Part shown: positions 49,599 to 58,756 of the stretch, piece after piece | How the letters are laid out: each line of letters starts with the position of its first letter | Position numbering within the stretch: position 1 is the first letter of the stretch | NCBI GenBank assembly: GCA_032128115.1 | Contig: JAQBHB010000047.1 | Span: forward strand, 218,886-282,885 | Direction: 5' to 3' | Length of the DNA: 64,000 nt | Origin: Deltaproteobacteria bacterium | Lineage (GTDB): Bacteria; Myxococcota_A; UBA9160; SMWR01 | Translations under genes and position numbers: made by a program | The notes under the pieces: generated by a model | What the model saw: only the letters and a program-made list of their open reading frames with translations | The model's database searches: none | What the model was told of the DNA's origin: nothing

Positions 49599-51032
49599 TC
49601 AGCCCGAGCTGGCGCAGCGTCCGGCGCGGCGGCCGAAGAAGGTGCCGTCACCCAGCGACAGGCCGCTCGAATAGCCGCCGACCGCGAGTCCCGAGGTGGC
49701 GCGGCCCGAGGCGAAAAGCCCGGGAATCGCCGCGCCCTCCGGGTCGAGCACCCGGCCCTCGGTGTCCGTGTGGAGGCCGCCCAGGGTGAAGGCCGCGTAG
49801 ATCGAGCTGCCGGTGGTGCAGTCGAAGGCGCCGAAGGGGGATTTCACGAGCGGCTTCAGGTATTCGCTCCCCTTGTGGAAGAGCGGGTCTTCGCCGCGCT
49901 CGGCGTAGCGGTTGTAGAGGGCGACGCTGCTCTCGAGGCTTCCCGCCGGCAGCCCCAGCTCGCGCTCGAGTTCTGCCGGGGTCTCCCCCACCCCCGAGAG
50001 TTCTCGCGGATAGTCGGGCTTCTCGAAGACTTCGTCGTCTACGACCAGCCAGGCCTGGCCGTCCTGGTGGAAGAGTGCGCGCTCGCCGAGCACGCCGTAA
50101 TACGCATCTTCGTTCACGAAACGCTGGCCCTGGCGGTTGACCAGGATGCCGCGCTTGAGGCCCCAGGGTTGGGTGGCGGGCAATGAGATCGAGCTGGCGT
50201 CCATGTGCAGAGTGGCGGCGCCGGCGGCGACGCCGAGCCGGATGCCCGAGCCATCATCGCCCTCGGCGCCCACGCGAATCTTGCACTGGCGCACACGCGG
50301 CGCGTGGGCCGCGATCATGGCGTCGTTGTGGATGAAGCCACCGGTGCTGAGGATCACTCCCCGGCGCGCGCGGATCGCACGCTCTTCGCCGAAGCTCTCG
50401 GCCACCGCACCCACTACGCGGCCATCGGATTCCCGCACCAGCGCTACACAGCGGTGGTCGAGGGCCACGCGCGCGGGGCTGGCGTCGACGGCTGCCACCA
50501 GCTTCTGCATCAGCATGGGGCCGGCCTGGTGCTCCATCTGGGGCACGTGTCCGCGCGGCGCCGGCACGGCGAGGTCGCAATAGGGATGGGCGCGCTCGGA
50601 GCCCGACCACACCAGTCCGTCTTCGTTCGGGGGCTCACCGCTGCAGCCGTAGTAGAAGACCGGTTTGAAGGGGACGCCCTGCTCGACGATCCAGTCGTAG
50701 TGATCGACCGAGCCGTCGCAGTAGAGCCGCATCTTGGCCGCGTCCGGGCTGTCGCCGCACGAGGCCATCAGGTACTTGAACATCTCCTCGGCGGAATCCT
50801 CGAAACCGCAGGCCTTCTGCAGCGCCGTACCGCCACCCAGGTAGAGCACGCCGCCGGACATGGCCGAGGTGCCGCCGCCGCCACCGGCTCGTTCGAGCAC
50901 CAGCGTGTCGGCGCCGCTGCGAGAGGCTTCCAGGGCCGCCGCGGCGCCGGCGGCGCCGAGCCCCACCACCAGCACGTCGGACTCCGCGTCCCAGCGCCCG
51001 ATTTCACGGGCATTGCGCACGCCGCTCGCCAT
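49599..51032 (-). CDS. FAD-dependent oxidoreductase, 3-ketosteroid dehydrogenase/fumarate reductase flavoprotein-like
   Basis: GLGAAG, GGTSAMSGG, RFVNED, TLGGL, YSSGLSLG. Confidence 0.88.
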   Translation of the reverse strand: MASGVRNAREIGRWDAESDVLVVGLGAAGAAAALEASRSGADTLVLERAGGGGGTSAMSGGVLYLGGGTALQKACGFEDSAEEMFKYLMASCGDSPDAAKMRLYCDGSVDHYDWIVEQGVPFKPVFYYGCSGEPPNEDGLVWSGSERAHPYCDLAVPAPRGHVPQMEHQAGPMLMQKLVAAVDASPARVALDHRCVALVRESDGRVVGAVAESFGEERAIRARRGVILSTGGFIHNDAMIAAHAPRVRQCKIRVGAEGDDGSGIRLGVAAGAATLHMDASSISLPATQPWGLKRGILVNRQGQRFVNEDAYYGVLGERALFHQDGQAWLVVDDEVFEKPDYPRELSGVGETPAELERELGLPAGSLESSVALYNRYAERGEDPLFHKGSEYLKPLVKSPFGAFDCTTGSSIYAAFTLGGLHTDTEGRVLDPEGAAIPGLFASGRATSGLAVGGYSSGLSLGDGTFFGRRAGRCASSG

Positions 51033-51033
51033 G

Positions 51034-51288
51034 TCAGCTCCGCGCAGCCCGGGATTGCTTCCGCAGCTTGCCCATCACCTGCACCACCACCGGCACGCCG
51101 TCGATCTCCTCCGGGAGTTCCGCGTCGTCGTCGGGCTCGGTCTCCAGATTCACCTTCACGGCATACACGCCCTTGCGGTGCGTGAGGCCGATGCCGCAGA
51201 CGCGGGCGAAGCGACCGAAGACCGGCGCGGCCTTTTTCTTGGCTGCGCGGGCCCGTGCGAGATCGGGGTCGGAAGGGTTTCGCGCCAC
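51034..51288 (-). CDS. Small hypothetical protein resembling a protease prodomain
   Basis: VCGIGL...YAVKVNL...LPEEIDGVPVVVQVMGKLR. Confidence 0.7.
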   Translation of the reverse strand: MARNPSDPDLARARAAKKKAAPVFGRFARVCGIGLTHRKGVYAVKVNLETEPDDDAELPEEIDGVPVVVQVMGKLRKQSRAARS

Positions 51289-51322
51289 GGCGGGAGGGTA
51301 GCGGAGCGCCCCCGCCGCTTCC

Positions 51323-51382
51323 GGCGTCAGACGGCCAGATCGACGTCGAGCCGGGCGTCAGACGGCCAGATCCACGTCGAGC
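51323..51382. repeat. Direct repeat 29 bp x2 (period 31) duplicating the protease 3' end and stop
   Basis: GGCGTCAGACGGCCAGATC(G/C)ACGTCGAGC twice. Confidence 0.92.
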
Positions 51383-52335
51383 GCGTCCAGGACCCTGTCG
51401 ATCGGGTTGGCAAAGGTGGCGTCGCGATCATTGCCGGCGAACAGCAGGCCCACGGCCCGGCGCCGGCCATCGACGATGAGTGAGCCGGAATCGCCGCCCA
51501 GGCTGAAGGGCTGGGAGCCCACCGGCGCGATCTCGAGTTGATCGTCGAAGTGCAGATCGCCCATGTCGTATCCCACCACCACGTCGTCTACTTCGACGGC
51601 GCTGATGCGCCCCTCGGTAAGCCCCGTGGTCCGGCCCAGCTTGAAGACCCGCTCGCCGGTCTCCAGGGGCTCCTCGCGCACGCCGGCGAGGGCCCCCAGG
51701 CCCTCCAACCAGTCCACGTAGTACTCCAGATCCGGTCCCAGCGACGCAGTGGCGGCGTCCACCTGGTTGCCCGTGGGTCGCAGACGCACGAATCGGTCGA
51801 GGCTTCCGATCCGATCGTCTCGAGCGCGTCCTCCGTCTGCGCGACCGGGTTGGAGAATGGCGTCTCCCCGGCGCCCCCGGTTTTCGTTGGCGAGCACGTG
51901 GTTGTTGGAGAGGATCAGGTCGGGCCCTTCGTCGCCTTCGGCCCGGGTGACGAAGCAGCCCAGTGTGCCCGCGGTGATGTTCACGTGGCCTGTGGACCCA
52001 CCGATGCGCAGCGGCCGGTTGCGACTGCGGTGCCAGGGCGCCTGCTTCACCACGCGCCCGATCACGCGCACCTCCAACTCGCCGCGGGCGCGGCGCGCGA
52101 TGGTGTCCAGGGTCGAGGCCAGCCCCGGCGCCGCGTGCTGCACGCGCACCGCCAGCTTGAATTGGCCGCGGCGGCCGGTGATTCCCAGGGCCAGGCACGA
52201 GGCCGGTGGCCCCGGAGGAAGCGCGCTGGTGCCGGTGCGCGCCGCCGGCGGCAGGGAGGCCCGGGTGGCGGCGCGCCGAACCTCCGGCAGACGCAACAGC
52301 TCGATCTTGAGGGCGCGCACGGAAGCGATTCGCAT
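51358..52335 (-). CDS. Trypsin-like (S1/PA clan, Nal1-like) serine protease
   Basis: GTLGC, LSNNHVL (His), VDAA (Asp), GRTTG, GGDSGS (Ser); no signal peptide seen. Confidence 0.85.
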   Translation of the reverse strand: MRIASVRALKIELLRLPEVRRAATRASLPPAARTGTSALPPGPPASCLALGITGRRGQFKLAVRVQHAAPGLASTLDTIARRARGELEVRVIGRVVKQAPWHRSRNRPLRIGGSTGHVNITAGTLGCFVTRAEGDEGPDLILSNNHVLANENRGRRGDAILQPGRADGGRARDDRIGSLDRFVRLRPTGNQVDAATASLGPDLEYYVDWLEGLGALAGVREEPLETGERVFKLGRTTGLTEGRISAVEVDDVVVGYDMGDLHFDDQLEIAPVGSQPFSLGGDSGSLIVDGRRRAVGLLFAGNDRDATFANPIDRVLDALDVDLAV

Positions 52336-52399
52336 GATTTCCCCTGAAAGGCGACTCCGGTATAGCATCCGAGGCCCAACGCCCATGGAGGCCCCCGGA

Positions 52400-52822
52400 A
52401 TGTCAGTGGAACGAGCGGCAGAGATGAACGAGTTCGCCCGAGATCGGCATCCCGGCATGGTGGGGGTGGAGGTGCTGACGGTCGAGCCCGGGGAAGTGAC
52501 GGGCCGTCTGGACGTGACCGCTCCCCTGGTAGCGGGAACCGGATTCCTGTGGGCGCCGGTGGTGATCACCCTGGCCGACTGGCTGTGCGCCGTCGGCACG
52601 GGTCTGATCCGGCCACCCGAATCCACGAGTTTCACCACAGTGGAGCTCAAGACCAATTTCGTGGGGACGGTGGGCGAGGGCGGCGCCATCCGGGGAAGCG
52701 CCCGCCCGGTTCACGCGGGGCGAACGACACAAGTGTGGGACGTGGACGTCAGCGACGAGGCGACCGGGCGCACCATCGCGCTCTTCCGCTGCACCCAGAT
52801 GCTGCTGTATCCGCGCTCGTAG
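52400..52822 (+). CDS. PaaI family (hotdog fold) thioesterase
   Basis: TTVELKTNF, HAGRTTQVWD, FRCTQ; GGAGG RBS. Confidence 0.9.
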   Translation: MSVERAAEMNEFARDRHPGMVGVEVLTVEPGEVTGRLDVTAPLVAGTGFLWAPVVITLADWLCAVGTGLIRPPESTSFTTVELKTNFVGTVGEGGAIRGSARPVHAGRTTQVWDVDVSDEATGRTIALFRCTQMLLYPRS

Positions 52823-52922
52823 ACCTCTGCGTCCAGCCTGGGATTGGCGCGTTCTGCGCGATCGAAACTTCAGCGCAGATCGCAGGGACTTCGCGGAAAC
52901 ACAGCTTGTTCTTCCCATCCCC

Positions 52923-54230
52923 TCAGAGCATCTGGGAGAACAAGGTAGCGATGCCGAGGAAGCTGAAGAAGCCCACCACGTCGGTGATGGTCGTCAGGAT
53001 GATCGAAGAGGACTGGGCCGGATCCTGACGCAACGCCGTGAGCAGCATGGGAATGACGGCGCCCGAGAGTCCGGCCAGCGTCATCGAGATCACCATCGAC
53101 ACGCCGATGACGAGGGCCAGGCCGACGGATCGGCTCCACACGTAGACCGCCAGCGACGTGGTGGCTGCGACGGCCAGCCCGTTGCCGAATCCCACGGTGA
53201 GCTCCTTCGCGGCGACGCGCAGCCACTGTCGGATCCGCACCTCCCGAAGCGCCAGTCCGCGCATGGTGACCGCCAACGCCTGGGCTCCGGTGTTCCCGGA
53301 CTGGCCGGCCACTACCGGGAGGAGCACCGCGAGGGCCGTAAAGGCCGCGATCGTGTCCTCGAAGAGGCCGACGACCGACGCGGCCAGGAAGGCCGTCAAG
53401 AGGTTCACCTGGAGCCAGGGCAGCCGCTTGCGAACCGCGAAGGCGGGCGGCGACAGGGCGCGCTCGTCCTTCCCGGCGCCCACCATGGTGACCAGATCGG
53501 TGGTGGCCTCGGCCTGCGCCGCCGTGAGCAGCTCGTCCTGGCGCATGACGCCGAGCACGCGCCCGTCGAAATCCACCACGGGGAGGCTCGTGATCCGATG
53601 GCGCTGGAGCTCGCTGACAACCTCGTCCCGGGGCGACGTGGCCTGCACGTGGGGCGTCGGCGAGCGCATGATGGTGTCGAGCCGAGTCTCGGGAGGTGCG
53701 AGCACCACCTCCTGCAGCGACACGGACCCGACCAGCCGGTCCTCGGGATCCACGACGAACACGTCCTGGACGCGCCGGCGCCGGAACGTGTGGAGTCGGC
53801 TCACCACGTCGGCGACGCTGGCGTCGGGTCGGAAGGTGGTGATGCGGGGATCCATCAGGCCCCCCGCCGTCTCGCGCGGGTACTCGGCCAGCTCGCGCAG
53901 CTCGTTGGCCAGGTACTCGTCGAGCAGCGACAGGCACGCCTGCCTCTCCGTGGAATCCAGTCGCGCCAGCAGGTTGGCGGCGCGGTTGGGGTCGAGGGCG
54001 TGAAGGGCCTCCCGGGTGGCCTCGTCTCCGAACGACGCCAGCAGGCGCGCCGCCCGGTCGGGCGTCAGACGCCGAAGCACCGCGGCCATTCGCTGCGGAG
54101 GCTGGGCCTCCAGGAGAGTCACGATCTCCGGCACCGGCGACGTCTCGAGCGTTCGCGCGGCCTCTTCCGGAAAACGCTCGAGGGCGAGCTCCGCCAGTGC
54201 CCGTCGTGCAACGTTCTCGTTAGACGCCAT
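52923..54230 (-). CDS. mgtE: Magnesium transporter MgtE
   Basis: N domain, CBS pair, RLPWL, GNTGAQ, PAQSS..LTTITDVVG. Confidence 0.93.
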   Translation of the reverse strand: MASNENVARRALAELALERFPEEAARTLETSPVPEIVTLLEAQPPQRMAAVLRRLTPDRAARLLASFGDEATREALHALDPNRAANLLARLDSTERQACLSLLDEYLANELRELAEYPRETAGGLMDPRITTFRPDASVADVVSRLHTFRRRRVQDVFVVDPEDRLVGSVSLQEVVLAPPETRLDTIMRSPTPHVQATSPRDEVVSELQRHRITSLPVVDFDGRVLGVMRQDELLTAAQAEATTDLVTMVGAGKDERALSPPAFAVRKRLPWLQVNLLTAFLAASVVGLFEDTIAAFTALAVLLPVVAGQSGNTGAQALAVTMRGLALREVRIRQWLRVAAKELTVGFGNGLAVAATTSLAVYVWSRSVGLALVIGVSMVISMTLAGLSGAVIPMLLTALRQDPAQSSSIILTTITDVVGFFSFLGIATLFSQML

Positions 54231-55077
54231 CCCGAGACCTCCCCGGCTCCGCGGGGCGCCGGTCGAGCGGTGTGGATTCCACCATCGCCTCCAGCACCGC
54301 CGAGGCGCCGGCGCGGAGCAGATCTCCCAGAGCGCGAGCCGTCGCCCCTTGCTCGGGCGCGTCGCCCCGCAGGCTCTCCTCGAGCCGTCGGAGCGTCCGG
54401 TATCGGACCGCGCCCAGGTAGCGGCCCTGCTTGTCGACGACGGGAAGCGCGTGCACTTCGCGCCAGCCCGGATGCGACGAGATCGCGTAGCGGTCGGTCG
54501 CGGCCGCAAGCCGGTGCACGGCCGTCTTCATCAGCGACGAGAGCGGCTCGTCGGGTCGGGCCATCAGCAGCTCGCGGAGGTTGATCACGCCGACGAGCAC
54601 CTGATCCCGGTCGACGACGTAGACGTTGTAGCGAGCGTCGCCGGCGGCCTCTCGGACTCGCGCGATCGCTTCCTCCGCCGTCAGGTCGTTCGGGAGCGCG
54701 AGCACCTCCGGGTCCATGAGGGCGCCCGCGGTGCCTTCCGGAAAGCCGAGCACCGAGCCGACCTCGCGCGCGCGTCGGGGGGGAAGGGTCGCCAGCAGCC
54801 GTTCGCGCTGCGAGGCCTGCACCTGGCGGAGCAGCAGCGCCGCCGTCCCGATCGGGAGCTTTTCCAGGAACGCGGAAGCCTTCGTCTCGTCCAGCTCCGC
54901 CACCACGGCCATGGCGGAGTACGGAGCCATGTGTTGCAGGGCCCGGACGCCCGGGTCCAGCTCGAGCCCTTCCAGGAGCGCGGCCACGTCTCGCGCGGGC
55001 AGTCGCTCGAAGGTCCGGGCCGCCTCGATCGGGTGGGCGGTCACGAGGTCAGAGGCCAGGCTGGTTTCGAGATCCAT
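54220..55077 (-). CDS. MgtE intracellular N-domain plus CBS pair protein (no TM domain)
   Basis: FPEGTAGALMDP, YVVD, LPVVD; ends without a membrane domain. Confidence 0.85.
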   Translation of the reverse strand: MDLETSLASDLVTAHPIEAARTFERLPARDVAALLEGLELDPGVRALQHMAPYSAMAVVAELDETKASAFLEKLPIGTAALLLRQVQASQRERLLATLPPRRAREVGSVLGFPEGTAGALMDPEVLALPNDLTAEEAIARVREAAGDARYNVYVVDRDQVLVGVINLRELLMARPDEPLSSLMKTAVHRLAAATDRYAISSHPGWREVHALPVVDKQGRYLGAVRYRTLRRLEESLRGDAPEQGATARALGDLLRAGASAVLEAMVESTPLDRRPAEPGRSRDGV

Positions 55078-55218
55078 GTTCGTGTCTCCAAGTCTCGGGG
55101 ACGTCCGCCGCCCGGTCATGCATGCGAGCACCGGCGCTGTCGCGCGCGGGCGCCCGTCCGGGATAGGATACGCCCTCACGAGTGGCCGCAAGCCGCTCGG
55201 ATCCCGTGGGAGGAAAAC

Positions 55219-56049
55219 ATGTCGGAGATCTTCGATGTCGAGGCCTGGCGTCAAGTCTTCGTTCGATCCCTGACCGAGCTGGGGGAGACCCTCGCCGGCT
55301 TCCTGCCGAGCCTGGTCGCAACCGTCGTGATCGTCGCCGGCGGGTGGCTCGTTTCGCGACTGGTGGCGAGCGTGGCCGAGCGGCTGCTCCGACAGCTGGG
55401 GCTCGACCGCGTCGCCGCCCGCGTCGGCCTCGCCGAGACCCTGCGCCAGGGCGGACTGGCTGCGACTCCGTCGCGCATCGCCTCCCGGCTCGTCTTCTGG
55501 GTCCTGATGCTCACCTTCCTGCTGTCCGCCGTCGAGACCCTCGGACTCTCGGCGGTGACGCTGACGATCGACCGGCTGATCGGATTCCTGCCGAACGTCA
55601 TCGCCGCCGGGCTGATCTTCGTGCTCGGACTGCTCCTGGCCCGGCTGGTTGGGAACGTGGTGACCTCTGCGGCCGCTGCGGCCGACCTCGGCCCGTCGCA
55701 GCGCCTGGGGTCGATGGCCCACGGGGTGGTTGCGCTCGTGGCCGGCGTCGTGGCTCTGGAGCAGCTGGGCGTCGAGACCGGAATCATCGTGACCGTGGTG
55801 ACGGCAGTGGTGGGTGCCATCGGCGTGACGGTCGGCGTGGCCTTTGCGCTGGGAGCGAGACCCGTGATCACGCACATCCTGGCCGGCCACTTCCTGCGAC
55901 AGAGCCTTCCGAGTGGAGGCTCCGTCGAGATCGACGGTCAGCGCGGAGTCGTGGAGCGGGTGGGCGCCATCGATACGCTCCTGCGCGACGGCGAGCGCTC
56001 GTGGAGCGTTCCGAACGGTCGGATCCTGGACGAGGTCGTGATTCGCTAG
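55219..56049 (+). CDS. MscS-family mechanosensitive channel (CmpX-like TM helix repeats)
   Basis: FLPSLVA / FLPNVIAA repeats, AFALG, G.VERVG, VPN. Confidence 0.85.
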   Translation: MSEIFDVEAWRQVFVRSLTELGETLAGFLPSLVATVVIVAGGWLVSRLVASVAERLLRQLGLDRVAARVGLAETLRQGGLAATPSRIASRLVFWVLMLTFLLSAVETLGLSAVTLTIDRLIGFLPNVIAAGLIFVLGLLLARLVGNVVTSAAAAADLGPSQRLGSMAHGVVALVAGVVALEQLGVETGIIVTVVTAVVGAIGVTVGVAFALGARPVITHILAGHFLRQSLPSGGSVEIDGQRGVVERVGAIDTLLRDGERSWSVPNGRILDEVVIR

Positions 56050-56220
56050 GGCCGCCGTCGCCCCCGCCCGCGAGCCCCCCCTTTGCGCCGGCCGTGGCGC
56101 CGCTAGAATCATGCACGGGGGGTCGCCATCCGGTCAGTGCTCGTCGCAGCCCGCTCCTTCGCGAAAGGGGGAGCCGGTGCGGTCGATTTCCGACCTTCCG
56201 TCCAAGAAGAGGAGCGATCC

Positions 56221-57708
56221 ATGGTCCCGATTTCAGCTTCTATTTCTGTGGGGGGTCCGCGGGTAGGTTTCGCGGCGGTTCTGCTGGGGGCGCTGCTCGG
56301 GGCGCTGGCGTGCTCGGGTAGCGGGCTCAATCTCAGGCCTCTCCCCGTCACCGCCAATCCCGGCGAGGCGGTCGGCCGGCTGGCCTCGAGCGTCGACCTG
56401 GCGCGGAGCGAGAGCGTCGACATGCTGTCCCCGGAATGGTTCGAGAAGGCCGATGAGTCGCTCGAGCGCGCCAAGGCCACCCGTGAAGAGGGTGGGTCGA
56501 TCCAGGAGGTGCTCGACGCCGTCGCCGAGGGCACGGCCCAGCTCGAGAGGGCTCAGGAGCTCGCGAAGGTCTCGCGGACGGCCCTGCCCAAGGTGATCGA
56601 GGCGCGCCAGGCGGCACGCACGGCGGGCGCCACCGAATTCGGCGGCGCCTATGAAGCCGCGCAAGAGCGCTTTCTCGGACTCACCCGCGCCGTGGAGACC
56701 GACGACCTCTCGTGGGCGCGCAAGCGCGAGGGCGGCGTCGTGAACGCCTTCCGGGAGCTCGAGTTGCGCGCGATCGAGGAGACCACCCTGGGCGAGGTGC
56801 GGCGCCTGGTAGCCGAGGCCCGCGCGGACGGCGCGGCCGAGCTCGCTCCCGCGGCGCTCGCCAGTGCCGACCAGATGCTGCTGAGCACCGAGGATTTCAT
56901 CGCCAAGGACCGCTACGACTCGGAGGGCATGCAGGAGCGCGCGTCGGAGGCGCTCTTCTACGCGAACCGCGCGGTCGCCATCACCCGCGAGATCCGGCGC
57001 CAGCGCCAGCTCTCGCAGGAGGCCCGCGTGCTCGAGACCGAGATCCTGCTGTCGCGCCTCTCCGAGGAGCTGTCGCTGGCGGACCTGCGCAACACGAGCT
57101 TCGAGAACCAGCGCCGCAGCGTGATCCAGGGCGTGGCCGAGGTGCGCAAGGATCGCGATTTCCTCGTCTCCCAGACCGAGAAGCTCCGGGGCCATGGCGA
57201 CATGCTGCGCATCGAGCTCGCCGAGAAGAGCAACCTCAACGAACAGCTCGAGGCCGAGCGGCGCTTCAACCGGCTGTACGCGGAGGTGAGCGCCTACTTC
57301 GAAGGCAACGAGGCCGAGGTCTACAAGAAGGACCAGCGGCTGGTGGTGCGGCTGCGTGGGATCCAGTTCCCGGTGGGCCAGGCGGTGGTCGGGCCCGAGA
57401 ACTACGCGCTGCTCAGCAAGGTGCAGAGGGCCGTGCGCGCCTTCGGCGACCCCGGTGTCACGGTCGAGGGCCACACCGACTCGACCGGCTCGGCGGCCCT
57501 CAACGACTACCTCTCGCAGGAGCGCGCCCAGGCGGTCGTGCAGTATCTGGTGGCCAACAACACCGTGCGGCCCGACCGCATCCGCGCGGTGGGCAAGGGG
57601 CCGAGCGACCCCCTCGCCCCGAACACCACCGCCGAGGGCCGCGCCCTCAACCGCCGCATCGACGTGGTCATCGACGCCTCGATGCCCGCCGCCGTGGGGG
57701 CCCGCTAG
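56221..57708 (+). CDS. OmpA-family lipoprotein with long helical/coiled-coil region
   Basis: Lipobox LAC; EGHTDSTG, LSQERA, NRRID. Confidence 0.9.
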   Translation: MVPISASISVGGPRVGFAAVLLGALLGALACSGSGLNLRPLPVTANPGEAVGRLASSVDLARSESVDMLSPEWFEKADESLERAKATREEGGSIQEVLDAVAEGTAQLERAQELAKVSRTALPKVIEARQAARTAGATEFGGAYEAAQERFLGLTRAVETDDLSWARKREGGVVNAFRELELRAIEETTLGEVRRLVAEARADGAAELAPAALASADQMLLSTEDFIAKDRYDSEGMQERASEALFYANRAVAITREIRRQRQLSQEARVLETEILLSRLSEELSLADLRNTSFENQRRSVIQGVAEVRKDRDFLVSQTEKLRGHGDMLRIELAEKSNLNEQLEAERRFNRLYAEVSAYFEGNEAEVYKKDQRLVVRLRGIQFPVGQAVVGPENYALLSKVQRAVRAFGDPGVTVEGHTDSTGSAALNDYLSQERAQAVVQYLVANNTVRPDRIRAVGKGPSDPLAPNTTAEGRALNRRIDVVIDASMPAAVGAR

Positions 57709-57716
57709 GCCGTTCT

Positions 57717-57750
57717 CCCGACCGGGGAGCCCTTGCTCCCCGGTCGGGTT
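57717..57750 (+). terminator. 14-bp perfect hairpin, probable terminator
   Basis: CCCGACCGGGGAGC-CCTT-GCTCCCCGGTCGGG-TT right after the OmpA stop; U tract short. Confidence 0.65.
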
Positions 57751-57759
57751 CGCGGGGCG

Positions 57760-57811
57760 GAGCAACCGGCTCATGACCGGACGCTCCCAGGTTCGAGTCC
57801 CGGAGGGTCCA
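57760..57811 (+). pseudogene. Degenerate tRNA(CAT) remnant (Ile2/Met-like), 3' two-thirds
   Basis: GAGC, anticodon arm CCGG-CTCATGA-CCGG, T arm CCAGG-TTCGAGT-CCCGG, acceptor 3' strand AGGGTCC-A; normal 5' end missing. Confidence 0.7.
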
Positions 57812-57929
57812 CGCGCAACCCGTTGCGTTTCCGCGAGTTCGTCGGCGAAACCCTGTCGCTGGATCGATCTCAGCCTGCTGCGAGAACCGGGCGGTAGGAA
57901 TCGGGGCTCGGGCCGCTCCGGACACCAGG

Positions 57930-58463
57930 TCAGCGCCCGGCCGTCGGTGGATCGGTGAGCCGCTTCACGAACAGGAGCTTGTCGTCGCCGGTTGCGTAGA
58001 AATCCGCGAGGCGCGCCTCTTCGCGATAGCCCTCAGCACGGTAGAGCGCGTGGGCCGGCCCGTACTCCCGGCGCGAAGAGGTGTCGACGTAGACGCGGGT
58101 GCCCCCCGCGGCCACGACGACGGCCTCGCTGCGCACCAGCAGCTCGCGGCCCAGACCGCACCCGTGGAGCTCCGGGTGTACCGCAATCCAGTAGAGGTCG
58201 AAGCTCGACGCGGTCGCGGGAATGGGGCCGAAACAGGTGTAGCCGGCGAGGGATCCGCGGTGGTCGGCGAACACGAACGAATAGCCGGCAGCGGGCCCGC
58301 GCGTGACCGCTTCCTCGACCAGCTCCGCGGCGATCGCCACTTCCGCGGCCGAGAAGACCCCGACCCGGGAGACCAGCGCGCGCACGGCTTCGACGTCCGG
58401 TCTCGTCGGATTCTCGCGCCAGAGGAGGTCCGGGCCGGCCAGGGGCGTCTTCGGCACGCTCAC
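57930..58463 (-). CDS. GNAT family N-acetyltransferase
   Basis: FDLYWIAVHPELHGCGLG, YVDTSS, DFY..GDDK; GTG start overlaps upstream TGA. Confidence 0.9.
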   Translation of the reverse strand: MSVPKTPLAGPDLLWRENPTRPDVEAVRALVSRVGVFSAAEVAIAAELVEEAVTRGPAAGYSFVFADHRGSLAGYTCFGPIPATASSFDLYWIAVHPELHGCGLGRELLVRSEAVVVAAGGTRVYVDTSSRREYGPAHALYRAEGYREEARLADFYATGDDKLLFVKRLTDPPTAGR

Positions 58464-58753
58464 CGCCGCCGCGGAGCTGGCGTCGTCCCCCCGGCGCCGC
58501 GGGTCGCCCGACACAGCCCCTCGTAGAAGCGCAGGCGCGCGGCGTTCTGGCGCCGCTCTGCGTCGCTATCGCACTCCTCGCGCACACGGTCGTACAGCGC
58601 CCCTCCGACGCCGCGACCGGTGAGGCGGGGGCCACTGGTGATGTAGTCGAGGAACAGCATGCGCTGCTGCGGCTCGATGGAGGCGTGCGCGAAGCCCGTT
58701 ACGTGGCCATGGAGATCGTCGGCGACGAACAGGAGCGTTCGGACCCGGAACAC
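58460..58753 (-). pseudogene. Internally deleted GNAT(-deacetylase) remnant ORF
   Basis: 97 aa with GNAT pieces LFVA..G...GFA, FLDYI, TGRGVGGALY, RLRFYE; too short for a full fold. Confidence 0.6.
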
Positions 58754-58756
58754 GGC

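Noticed and set aside
57727..57811. Intact functional tRNA-Met/Ile2
   Set aside because: Would need a 21-nt D loop, has stem mismatches and G37, and its 5' part is sequestered in a 14-bp hairpin
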